The notes under the pieces were generated by a model. It was not told the origin of the DNA. It did no database searches and saw only the letters and a program-made list of their open reading frames with translations. From Octopus sinensis (taxonomy: Eukaryota), in the NCBI RefSeq assembly GCF_006345805.1, contig NW_021823700.1, positions 1 to 23,232 of the forward strand: a stretch of DNA of 23,232 nucleotides. The letters run 5' to 3'. Of the stretch, positions 9,751 to 20,074 are shown in pieces. The first letter of the stretch is position 1; the number at the start of each line of letters is the position of its first letter. Made by a program: the position numbers and the translations under genes.

Positions 9751-9987
9751 TATATTTCTTTACTACCCACAAGGGCCTAAACACAGAGGGGACAAACAAG
9801 GACAGACAAACGGATTAAGTCGATTACATCGATCCGCGGTGCGGAACTGGTACTTAATTTATCGACCCTGCAAGGATGAAAGGCAAAGTCAACCTCGGCG
9901 GAATTTGAACTCAGAACGTAACGGCAGACGAAATACGGCTACGCATTTCGCCCGGCGCGCTAACGTTTCTGCCAGCACGCCGCCTCA
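9751..9987 (-). mobile_element. SINE family E, full length with 14-bp TSD
   Basis: Homologous to 18650-18878; gcattcggaagata at 9737-9750 and 9988-10001. Confidence 0.93.
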
Positions 9988-10428
9988 GCATTCGGAAGAT
10001 AGAGTTAAACAACAAATCGACGTAGACACATAATTGGAGAAATCACAATTACCACATTTCGCTAACAAAAAGAAACGACGATACCAATTAGAGTACAAGC
10101 AATACTTTAGGTCAGTGGTTCTTAACCAGGGTCCATATAAGATTCTGAGGGGTCCATTCAACAAAATAGTAAATTAAGGATACATGAAAGTATTTTAAGC
10201 ACACCCCCCCCTGAAAAATTTTTGCTTTAGACGTATTTGCATGTATTGCAATGAAGAGCGAGGTTCTTTCTCTAACATTTCACATGATTCAACCTACACA
10301 AGTTCATGTGTGGAAAACAAAATAGGAATTTTGAAAGAAGTTTCTACAAAACTAGTTTTTAAACCTCAAATGGCGATGGAGTCCACTAGAATTAAATAGT
10401 AATCAAAGAGGCCCACGCAAGCAAAATA

Positions 10429-11339
10429 TTGCGTTGTCCGGAAAGTTCGTGCCGATTTATAGTAGCTTACCTTTCGACTTATTTTAGAACATGTATGTGT
10501 CCATAAAATAGGATTTGACTACGCCTCCATTTAGAGCACAGTTTAAGCTATCTTTTCGTGGAAGACGGTTTATGCTCCTATAATCTGTGTGGCGCATGGC
10601 TCAGTGGTTAGAGCGTCGAGCTTAAGATCGTGAGGTTGTGAGCTCGAATCCCGGACCGGGCTGCGTGTTGTGTTCTTGAGCAAGGCACTTTATTTCACGT
10701 TGCTCCAGTTCACTCAGCTGTAGAAATGAGTTGCGACGTCACTGGTGCCAAGCTGTATCGACCTTTGTCTTTCCCTTGGATAACACTGGTGGTGTGGAGA
10801 GGGGAGTCTGGTATGCATGGGCGACCGCTGGTCTTCCATAAACAACCTTGCCCAGACTTGTGTCTAGGAGGGTAACTTTCTAGGTGCAATCCCATGGTCA
10901 TTCATGACCGAAGGGGGTCTTTACCCAATCTGTGTTAATTATGTAACCCTTTAAAATGGAAGATAAGAAAGTTCATTTTCGGCACTTGATGCTTTGGGAA
11001 CCAGACAAAAATTGCTGCAGCTCGGCTGGGATGTTTTACCCCACCCTCCATATTCACCAGATATTGCTCCTTCGGATTTCCACTTATTCAGGTCTCTGCA
11101 GAATAGTCTTAATGGTAAAAATTTCAATTCCTTGGATGACATAAAAAGATACCTTGATGAATTCTTTGCCATGAAACCACCTCAATTCTGGGAAGAGGGT
11201 ATTTTCAAGTTAAAGGAAAGATGGAGACGCATTGTGGAACAAAATGGTTCATATTTGGTTGATTAAAAATGTAATGGCAAGTATTTCTTGACCTTTTTCT
11301 TTCCTTTAAAAAGCGGCACGAACTTTCCGGACAACCCAA
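10429..11339 (+). mobile_element. Internally deleted mariner with both TIRs and TA TSDs
   Basis: TA-ttgcgttgtccggaaagttcgtgccg ... cggcacgaactttccggacaacccaa-TA; MEDKKVHFRHLMLWE fused out of frame to TRQKLLQLGWDVLPHPPYSPDIAPSDFHLFRSLQN...GSYLVD*. Confidence 0.95.
10591..10926 (+). mobile_element. tRNA-derived SINE with 9-bp TSD inside the mariner 5' UTR
   Basis: A box TGGCTCAGTGG, B-box-like gctcgaatcc; aatctgtgt at 10582-10590 and 10927-10935. Confidence 0.93.
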
Positions 11340-11717
11340 TAGTATTCTAAGGGCCCATAAATATATTTGGCTTTAGATGTATGTAATGGTTATGTATTGC
11401 GAGAAACAGCTGGGTTTCTTTCTCGAACATTTTACATAATTCAACCTACACAAGCTAATGTGTGAAAAACAAAATAGGGATCCTGAAAGTAGTTTCTATA
11501 AAACTAGTTTTTAAACATCGAATGGCTATGGCGGCTCACCAGAATAAAATAATAATCGAAGGGGTCCATAGATTTTTTAAAAAATGGTTGAGAACCTCCT
11601 GCTTTAGATCTTTCACGTACTGTACCAGGGTCCTACTGGAGCACAAATCATCAAAAAGAAGACAAGAAACAACACACTATGGATCATAATTTGTAAAAGT
11701 CTTCCTATACAAAGAAT

Positions 11718-11830
11718 CAGTGGCGTAGCTAGAGCATGTGCCGCCCGGAGCAGCCCTTGAGTTTTCCAGATCTCACCCCGGACCCCAAACCGATACTGGC
11801 TTATACAGTAGACCCATAGTGCCACCCACC
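11718..11830 (+). mobile_element. Possible MITE terminus (cagtggcgtagctag)
   Basis: TIR-like start typical of Harbinger-type MITEs; no partner end found. Confidence 0.3.
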
Positions 11831-11860
11831 CCTATAAAGCATCACCAAGCCGCCACAACC

Positions 11861-12050
11861 AATACCTATTTCTTTACTACCCACAAGGGGATAAACACAG
11901 AGGGGACAAACAGGGACAGACAAAGGGATTAAGTCGATTATATCGACCCCAGTGCGTAACTGGTACTTATTTAATCGACCCCAAAGGGATGAAAGGCAAA
12001 GTCGACCTTGGCGGAATTTGGACTCAGAACGTAACGGCAGACGAAATACC
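11861..12050 (-). mobile_element. SINE family E, 5'-truncated
   Basis: Near-identical to 9751-9940. Confidence 0.9.
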
Positions 12051-12865
12051 ACCACCACCACCACTATCACCACCTTCACCACCAATTCCACCCCGACCAT
12101 CATCACTTTCATCATCGCTGCCACTACCGCTACCACTATCACCAACATGACAACGAAAACTGACGAGATGGTTATGGTTGGAACACCTTTGATCTTAGAT
12201 CTGTTCGGTCAAAGTTGGCCTGGAGTTTAACAAACACTACACCGCCACCCCACCCCACCCCACCATCTCTGTTATGTAACACAACTAGCATTACCATGAC
12301 CACCACTACCACCACTGACAACAACAAGATACCCTCCCCAACCATCATCGTCATAGCAACAGCACTACAATCTTCAGCTCCAGCAACACCCCCACCCTCA
12401 CCAGCACCTCTATCACCACCACCACTACCGCCACCACCACCACCACCACCACCACAATCGCTATCACGAAGACATTTCCCCCCTCCGCCGCCGCCGCCGC
12501 CGCCCATTCCAGTAGAACGGTGAGGAAGTGATGTCTGTTGCCCACGCAGAATGAGAGACACGTTAATAGCATTCCCGGCAACTCTTGGAGAACAATCTCA
12601 GCTATTTCCCCTTTGATGGAGTCGGCGGTGGTGGTGGTTGTGGTGGTGGTGGTTGTGGTTGTGGTAGTTGTGGTGGTGGTGGTGGTTGTGGTGGTGGTGG
12701 TGGTGGTGGTGGTAGCGATGATAACGGTGTTGTTATAATGATGATGATGAGGAGGAGGAGGAGGAAGAGGAGAAGGAAGAGGAGAAGGAAGAGGAGGAGG
12801 ATGGTGATAGCGATGGTGGTGGTGGTGGTGCTAGCAAGAATAACGGTGTTGTGATAATTTATGAC

Positions 12866-12913
<48 letters not shown>

Positions 12914-13125
12914 GAGGAGGATGGTGATAGTGATGGTTGGTGATGGTGGTGATGATGATGATGATGATAACGATTGTGATGGTGGTGGCATGATATTAAA
13001 AGTATTTATTATGAAAATAATTATAGCATGATGTGATGGTATTGGTTGTAGTGGACAAGGTGGCGGCAGTGGCGGTGGTGGCGGCGGCGACAGCGGCAGC
13101 GGGGGGTGGTGGTGATAATAGTGAT
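12047..13125. repeat. Compound triplet field: (CCA/CCG)n then (GGT)n, (GAG)n, (GAT)n
   Basis: Direct inspection. Confidence 0.92.
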
Positions 13126-13154
13126 GTTGTGGGAACGAGGGTATTTTCAATAAC

Positions 13155-13450
13155 CAAAATAGTCAATCGAACTCCAGGACTTGACTGGTACTTTATTTTA
13201 TCGACCTTTCAACGATAAAAGTAACAAAGCCGGCATCGGAACGTTTTGAACTCGGAACCTCAAACACCGTGTACCAGTATTTAATACTGCAAAGTCATTC
13301 ATCAAACGGTTTGACATTTCTATTGAATTGATCAGTTATAATGGTTTTAAATTTTGGCACAAGGCCAGCAATTTTGAGGACAAAGGGAGTTAGTCGATCA
13401 CATCAACCCCAATGCTTAACTTTTACGGGTTTTTTATCGATTCCGAAACG
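13155..13450. mobile_element. Old diverged SINE-like fragments
   Basis: ggtactttattttatcgacc and gtcgatcacatcaacccc resemble family E segments. Confidence 0.5.
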
Positions 13451-13584
13451 AGAGACAAATGTTACTCAACCCTAGGTGATCCCTCATAATGTAGACCAGG
13501 GGCTCTCAACCATTTTTTTTATATATTGACCCCTATTGTATTCTGATTAACACATTATCTCGTACAGGTTGAACTAAGGAAACT

Positions 13585-14000
13585 GGAGTGGATGTATGGT
13601 AAGTAGCTTGTTTACCAACCACATGGCTCTGGGTTCAGTCCCACTGCGTGGCACCTTGGGCAAGTGTCTCTTCTACTATAACCTCGGGCCGACCAAAGCC
13701 TTGTGAGTGGATTTGGTAGACGGAAACTGAAAGAAGCCCGTCGTATATATGTATATATATATATATGTATGTGTATGTGTGTGTGTGTTAGTGTGTCTGT
13801 GTTTGCTCCCCTAGCATTGCTTGACAACCGATGCTGGTGTGTTTACGTCCCCATAACTTAGCGGTTCGGCAAAAGAGACCGATAGAATAAGTACTGGGCT
13901 TACAAAAGAATAAGTCCCGGGGTCGAGTTGCTCGATTAAAGGAGGTGCTCCAGCATGGCCGCAGTCAAATGACTGAAACAATTAAAAGAGAGTAAAGAGA
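13585..14000 (+). mobile_element. SINE family A
   Basis: Head, microsatellite and tail homologous to 2214-2640. Confidence 0.92.
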
Positions 14001-14199
14001 GGAAGAAAGTTGTTTCTTGTAATACATAGGAATACATACATCTAACGCAAGGGTTCTCAACACCCCTTTTTTTTTTATCTATGGACCCCTTTACTATTTT
14101 ATTCTGGTGAATCCTCATAGTCATTCAATGTTTAAAAACAGTTTTATAGAAACTTCTTTCAGAATTCCTCTTTTATTTGTCAGCCATTAACTTGTGTGG

Positions 14200-14698
14200 G
14201 TGGTTTGTAGGTAAGTAGCTTGTTTACGAACCACATGTTTCCGGGTTCAGTCCCACTGCGTAGCACCTTGGGCAAGTGTCTTCTGCTATAGCCTCGGCCG
14301 ACCAAAGCTTGTGAGTGGATTTGGTAGACGGAAACTGAAAGAAGCCCGTCACATATTATATATATATATATATATATCTATATATATAATATATATATAT
14401 GTGTGGTGTGTGTGTGTGTGGTGTGTGTGTGTGTGTGTGTGTGGAGGCACGTGGCTAAGTGGTTAGGGTTTCAGCATCATGATCGTATGACTGTGGTTTC
14501 GATTCCTGGACCGGGCGACACGCTGTGTTCTTGAGCAAAACACTTCATTTCACGTTACTCCAGTCCACTCAGCTGGCAAAAATGAGTAACACTGCGATGG
14601 ACTGGCGTTCTGTCCAGCTGGGAAACACGTACGCCATTGAAACCGGGAAACCGGGCCCATGAGCCTGGCTAGGCTTTAAATATATATACATACATACA

Positions 14699-14777
<79 letters not shown>

Positions 14778-15005
14778 GTGTGTATATGTTTGTGTGTCTG
14801 TTTGTCCCCCCCCCAACATCGCCTGACAACCGATGCTGGTGTATTTACGTCGCCGTAACTTAGCGGTTCGGCAATAGAGATCGATAGAAAAAGTACTAGG
14901 CTTACAAAGAATAAGTCCTGGGCTCGATTTGCGCGGTCGACTAAAGGCGGTGCTCCAGCATGGCCACAGTCAAATGACTGAAACAAGCAAAACAGTAAAA
15001 GAGAG
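14200..15005 (+). mobile_element. SINE family A split by another SINE
   Basis: Head 14200-14350, tail about 14790-15005. Confidence 0.85.
14443..14680 (+). mobile_element. tRNA-derived SINE nested in the microsatellite of a family A copy
   Basis: A box TGGCTAAGTGG, B-box-like tttcgattcc; 3' gaaaccgggaaaccggg shared with 793-1100. Confidence 0.85.
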
Positions 15006-15262
15006 CAAAGAATCCTAGCTGCTTCTTGCGATACACTCAAATACATACGTACATCAAAAGCAGGGGTCTCAACTATTTTCTAACTATGGACTATTTTATT
15101 CAAGTGGACCCCACTAGTCATTCGGTGTTTAAAAACTGTTTTATAGAAACTACTTTTAAAGTTCCGGTTTTGCTTTTCACCCATTAACTTGTGTAGGTTG
15201 AACTATGTGAAATGTTACAGAAAGAAACCCAGCTGGTTTTTGCAATACATAACCGATACATC

Positions 15263-15616
15263 ATCATCCTTGTTCGACCGTGGTCGAGACAATGGAATTT
15301 ACTATGTTACACCAGACTTCACGGTCCATCATAGCATTACGGAGGTCCTGTTGCTGGATGCTTGTATCCCTGGAGATTACATCAGGGTAGGAGAGTGTAC
15401 GCCCTCTGGGATCGCGAGCAGATGGCTTCCAGAGGAGAAGAGTAGAAATTGCCTCGTTTTCAGCTCTACAACAATGTCCAGCAAACTGGACTCTTCTACC
15501 TTTCACAAGAGATGATACAGGTGGTAGTTTCTCATATATTTGTACTTTGGTTGGATGACGCTTCCACGAGAGATTTTGAGCTCTCATAAGGAGGCGAGAG
15601 TAAGTTCCAACCAATA
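15263..15616 (-). mobile_element. RTE-clade LINE 3' fragment with (GAT)n tail
   Basis: YSRLLMRAQNLSWKRHPT..IYEKLPPVS..RRVQFAGHCCR..LLLWKP..DRE.W; gatacatc at 15255-15262 and 15617-15624 is a likely TSD. Confidence 0.85.
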
Positions 15617-15837
15617 GATACATCTAAAGCAAAAGAAATTTCACGGTCCCTTAAAATACTATCGTGAATTCCAATTTACTATTTTCTTGCGAGGGTCCCC
15701 ACAAAACCTTATATGGATCCTCAGAGGTCAGATGGACCCCGGTTGGAAACTACCGGTGTAGACCTATGATCAAAGACATTCCAACGACGATTAACACGAC
15801 TATTTTTATGACTACATTATTTGACGTGTTCTTGGCT

Positions 15838-16117
15838 GGAGGCGCGTGGCTTAGTGGTTAGGGGTGTTCGGCTCACGATCGTAAGAGCGTGGGTTCGATT
15901 CCCGGCGTAAGAGCGTGGGTTCGATTCACGTTTCTTCAGTTTACTCATCTGGCAAAAATGAGTCGCATCTGTAATTTCAAAGGACTGGTCTTGTCGCATT
16001 CTGTGTCACGCTGAATCTCCCTGAGAACAACGTTAAGGGTGCGATGTGTCTGTGGAGTGCTCAGCCATTTGCACGTTAATTTCAATTTCACGAGCAGGTT
16101 GTTCCGTTGCCCGGGAC
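15838..16117 (+). mobile_element. tRNA-derived SINE with duplicated B box
   Basis: A box TGGCTTAGTGG; cgtaagagcgtgggttcgattc occurs twice. Confidence 0.85.
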
Positions 16118-16185
16118 TAACACAGACGTAAAGACACGCACATACACACACACACACATACAGACACGTATAAATATACAACAAA

Positions 16186-16320
16186 CTTCTTTCAGTTTCC
16201 GTCTATTAAATCCGTTCACAAGTCACTGGTCGGCTCGGGGCTACATATGAAAAGACATCGCTAAGGTACCGTGCGGTAGGACTGAACCCGAAACCAAATG
16301 GTTGAGAAGCAACAGCTAAC
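16186..16320 (-). mobile_element. Diverged SINE family A head
   Basis: cttctttcagtttccgtcta...ggactgaacccg. Confidence 0.75.
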
Positions 16321-16810
16321 ACACACACACAACACACACACACACACACACACACACAACACATGTATGTATGTGTGTATGTATGTATGTATGTATGTAT
16401 GTATGTGTGTAATAGTATGTATGTATGTATGTATGTATGTATGTATGTATGTATGTATGTATGTGTGTATGTATGTGTGTATGTATGTATGACTATGTAT
16501 GTATGTATGTGTATATGTATGTGTGTGTATGTATGTATGTGTGTGTATGCATTATGTATGTATGTGTGTATGTATGTATGTATGTGTGTGTGTGTATGTA
16601 TGTATGTATGCATAATGTATGTATGCATGTATGTATGTATGTATGCATGCATGTATGTATGTATGTATGTATGTACGTATGTATGCATGTATGTATGTAT
16701 GTATGCATGTATGTATGTATGCATGTATGTATGCATGTATGTATGTATGTATGTGTGTATGTGTGTATGTATGTATGTATGTATGTATGTATGTATGTAT
16801 GTATGTATGC
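16321..16810. repeat. (CA)n then about 450 bp of (TATG)n
   Basis: Direct inspection. Confidence 0.97.
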
Positions 16811-17054
16811 TTGACGTTTCTGTGTTTTGTGTGTTTCAGTATAGGGGTCAATGACTTAGTATAGTCAATGAAATGGATGGAAATGTAATGAAATCTTTAA
16901 TATTGTCGCCGAATTTAAAGTTTTTTTTTCTTTTATGTCCCATGAAACCTGTTTACCATGAAATTCCGGTCAATGACACAGTAAGTGTTGGCCGAGCCTT
17001 TAAGTTGCTTTTGCGGATGATGCGTATGTGCATGGGTATGTATGCATGTATGAA

Positions 17055-17146
<92 letters not shown>
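17055..17146. repeat. (ATCT)n microsatellite
   Basis: Direct inspection. Confidence 0.97.
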
Positions 17147-17147
<1 letters not shown>

Positions 17148-17185
17148 TGATACGCACACACACACAGAGACATATATACATATAT

Positions 17186-17441
17186 TCTTTTATTCTTTTA
17201 TTTGTTTCAACCATTTGACTGCGATCATGTTGGAGCACCGCCTTCAGTCGAACAAATCGACCCCAGGACTTATTTTTTCTAAGCCTAGTACTTATTCTAT
17301 CGGTCGTTTTGGCCGAACCGCTAAGTTACAGGGAAGTAAAACACCAACATCAGTTGTCAAGCGATGATGGGGGGACAAAATCAGACACACAAACACAGAC
17401 ACACACACACACACACATGTATATATTATAATATATATATA

Positions 17442-17477
<36 letters not shown>

Positions 17478-17648
17478 CATACATACATACATACGAGAGG
17501 CTTCTTCAGTTTCTGTTTACCTAATCCACTCTCAAAGCTTTGGTCGGCTCGAGATTATAGTAGAAGACACTTGCCCAAGGTGCCACGCAGTCGGATTGAA
17601 CCCGGAACCATTGGTTGGTGAGCAAGCTACTTCCCACACATACTCTCC
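17186..17648 (-). mobile_element. SINE family A, full length
   Basis: Reverse complement of the family A structure. Confidence 0.9.
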
Positions 17649-17844
17649 ATACCACAAACCTAACCTACAAAATAGTACTTAAACATTAATTCCAATCACC
17701 AACAAAGCCACCTTTATGATATAGTTAAGAATATCTCAATTCTGATATCTGAACCCTGTTTGCTTTCAATTAATTTTTGACTCTCCAATCTTGTTTTAAT
17801 TGTTTGATACTACATATATGGACATGCGGATGTATGCGCGTATG

Positions 17845-17880
17845 TATATGCATATATATATATATATAATATATATATAG

Positions 17881-17912
<32 letters not shown>

Positions 17913-17951
17913 TATAGTATATTATAATATATATATATATATAATATATAT

Positions 17952-17999
<48 letters not shown>

Positions 18000-18015
18000 T
18001 ATATATATTGTATAT
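17845..18015. repeat. (TA)n microsatellite
   Basis: Direct inspection. Confidence 0.95.
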
Positions 18016-18016
18016 A

Positions 18017-18430
18017 GGCGCAGGAGTGGCTGTTTTTGTAGTAGCTTGCTAACCAACCACATGGTTCCGGGTTCAGTCCCACTGCGTGGCATCTTGGGCA
18101 AGTGTCTTCTGCTATGCCCCCGGGCCGACCAATGCCTTGTGAGTGGATTTGGTAGACGGAAACTGAAAGAAGCCTGTCGTATATATGTATATATATTAAG
18201 TATGTGTGAATATGTTGTGGTGTCTGTGTTTGTTCCCTAGCATTGCTTGACAACCGATGCTGGTGTGTTTACGTCCCCGTCACTTAGCGGTTCGGCAAAA
18301 GAGACCGATGAATAATACTGGGCTTACAAAGAATAAGTCCCGGGGTTGATTTGCTCGACTAAAGGCGGTGCTCCAGCATGGCCGCAGTCAAATGACTGAA
18401 ACAAGTAAAAAGAGTAAAAAAAAAGAGAGT
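18017..18430 (+). mobile_element. SINE family A, full length
   Basis: ggcgcaggagtggctg head through aaacaagtaaaaagagt tail. Confidence 0.92.
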
Positions 18431-18434
18431 AAAA

Positions 18435-18489
<55 letters not shown>

Positions 18490-18607
18490 GTATGTATGTG
18501 CGTGTATGTGTGTGTACATGTATATATGTGTACATGTGCATGCATGCGTGTATATGTTCGCACGTGTAGGCGTATATGCATATATTTATGGGTATGCGTG
18601 TGTATGC

Positions 18608-18639
<32 letters not shown>

Positions 18640-18649
18640 TGTGTGTGTA

Positions 18650-18878
18650 GGTGGCGAGCTGGCAGAGACGTTAGCACGCCGGGCGAAATGCTTAGCTGTA
18701 TTTCGTCTGTCGTTACGTTCTGAGTTCAAATTCCACCGAGGTCGACTTTGCCTTTCATCCTCTCGGGGTCGATAAATTAAGTACCAGTTTCGCACTGGGT
18801 CGATGTAATCGACTTAATCCCTTTGTCTGTCCTTGTTTGTCCCCTCTGTGTTTAGCCCCTTGTGGGTAGTAAAGAAAT
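18650..18878 (+). mobile_element. SINE family E, full length
   Basis: ggtggcgagctggcagagacgttagcacgccggg...gagttcaaattcc (B-box-like)...gtgggtagtaaagaaata. Confidence 0.92.
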
Positions 18879-19619
18879 ATATATGTGTATGCATGTATAA
18901 GTATTTGTGTATATATATGTGTCAATGCATGCATGCGTATATATGTATATGAATGTATGTGTGTATCTGTATGTGTGTGTGTGTGTATGTGTATATATAT
19001 GCATGCGTACGGGTTTAAATATACAAGTACGCAGGCCTATATAATACTGTATGCACACACACACATATATGTACATGTGTGCGGGCGTGCATATATCGAT
19101 ATACACCTCCTTCTTTCTCTTTGATTCCTCAACCCACACTATCACATTCGCCAGCAGAATAAACACATAAGTATATAAAAACTTAACCATTCTTAGTATT
19201 CTTCCTTCCGTTTTGAGGTTTACTACTCACTTTAGAACCCCCCCTCCTATACCTTTTTCTGTACCCATCCCTTAGTGCCATTCTAACATATTACCCCGCC
19301 TCACATACCTCACACATATTCATTACTTACATTCTTATCTCTTCCTACCATTCCCCTACTCCTCTCCCATTCTCCTCATAATATCTTGACCACCAACTAA
19401 CACTCCTTTTTTCACTTTCGCTCCTTTTTTCACTTTTTTCACTTTCGCTCCTTTTTTCTGCTTTCTCTTCTTGTTTTCATTTTCTCTTCCTCTTTCTTTA
19501 CTTCTTCTTTTCTCGCCTTTTCTTTTGACCCCTTTCCTCATTTTAACACACACACACATCTCTTCTCCCCTCTCTATCCACTTAATACTACTACTACATT
19601 CTCAAATTTTCATTCACAC

Positions 19620-20030
19620 CACAAGACCCTTTTGAATGAACAGCACATGGAATCTACGTCTCCACACTTCCCATTTGTAATGACAAAATACGAACTCCTA
19701 TTGGAATTTACATACCGTGGACAGGAAGCATTTCTACCACTTCTACACACCACTCTCCTTGGAAAGGGAATTGCAACTATAACATCTTTATATTTTTTTA
19801 TTTTTATTTTTATTTTTATTTATACATTCATTCTCCTATTTCTCTATATAATCCTTATTTCCTTCCTTTTCTAAAATAAATCCTTATACTAAACTCTAAT
19901 ATTTCCCTCTAACCATCTCACATCGTCTCTGATGAAGGGATATCCCTAATATCCCAGAAACAGCTGTAAAACTAACTTTCTCTTTATAAATGTCCGGAAA
20001 ATTCCACACAGACTTGGCTTTGTTGTCTCA
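19620..20030 (+). mobile_element. Penelope-like element 3'/pLTR remnant
   Basis: Carries a minimal hammerhead with a palindromic stem III, characteristic of Penelope pLTRs; boundaries approximate. Confidence 0.45.
19924..19973 (+). ncRNA. Degenerate minimal type I hammerhead ribozyme
   Basis: cgtct-CTGATGA-a-gggatat(cccta)atatccc-a-GAAA-c(agct)g-TA-aaact: intact core, 7-bp stem II, GUA triplet; A:A at 10.1/11.1 and 2 of 5 stem I pairs lost. Confidence 0.7.
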
Positions 20031-20041
20031 TTTCATTTTAA

Positions 20042-20074
<33 letters not shown>

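Larger units (their letters stand above)
10113..11601 (+). mobile_element. hAT (Charlie-like) MITE hosting nested insertions
   Basis: TIRs cagtggttcttaacc and ggttgagaacctcctg; 8-bp flanks ctttaggt and ctttagat (7/8 identical). Confidence 0.7.
13497..15755 (-). mobile_element. Cluster of hAT-like MITE pieces (same family as 10113-11601, opposite orientation), interrupted by SINEs and an RTE
   Basis: TIR-like starts at 13497, 14048 and 15061 and one end at 15741-15755; internal aacttgtgtaggttgaa is the reverse complement of 10290-10305; outer flanks atgtagac and gtgtagac. Confidence 0.6.

Noticed and set aside
12159-12190. CTGACGAG as another hammerhead core
   Set aside because: No stem II closing onto GAAA.
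793-16117. tRNA-like A/B box heads
   Set aside because: They continue into SINE bodies with no complete cloverleaf or acceptor stem, so they are not called tRNA genes.
2396-18677. Recurrent peptides such as FQSFDCGHAGAPPL and LTAAMLEHRL
   Set aside because: They are antisense translations of the SINE family A tail, not a gene family.
19356-19559. Lys-rich minus ORF
   Set aside because: It derives from a CT-rich low-complexity tract with a short local duplication.
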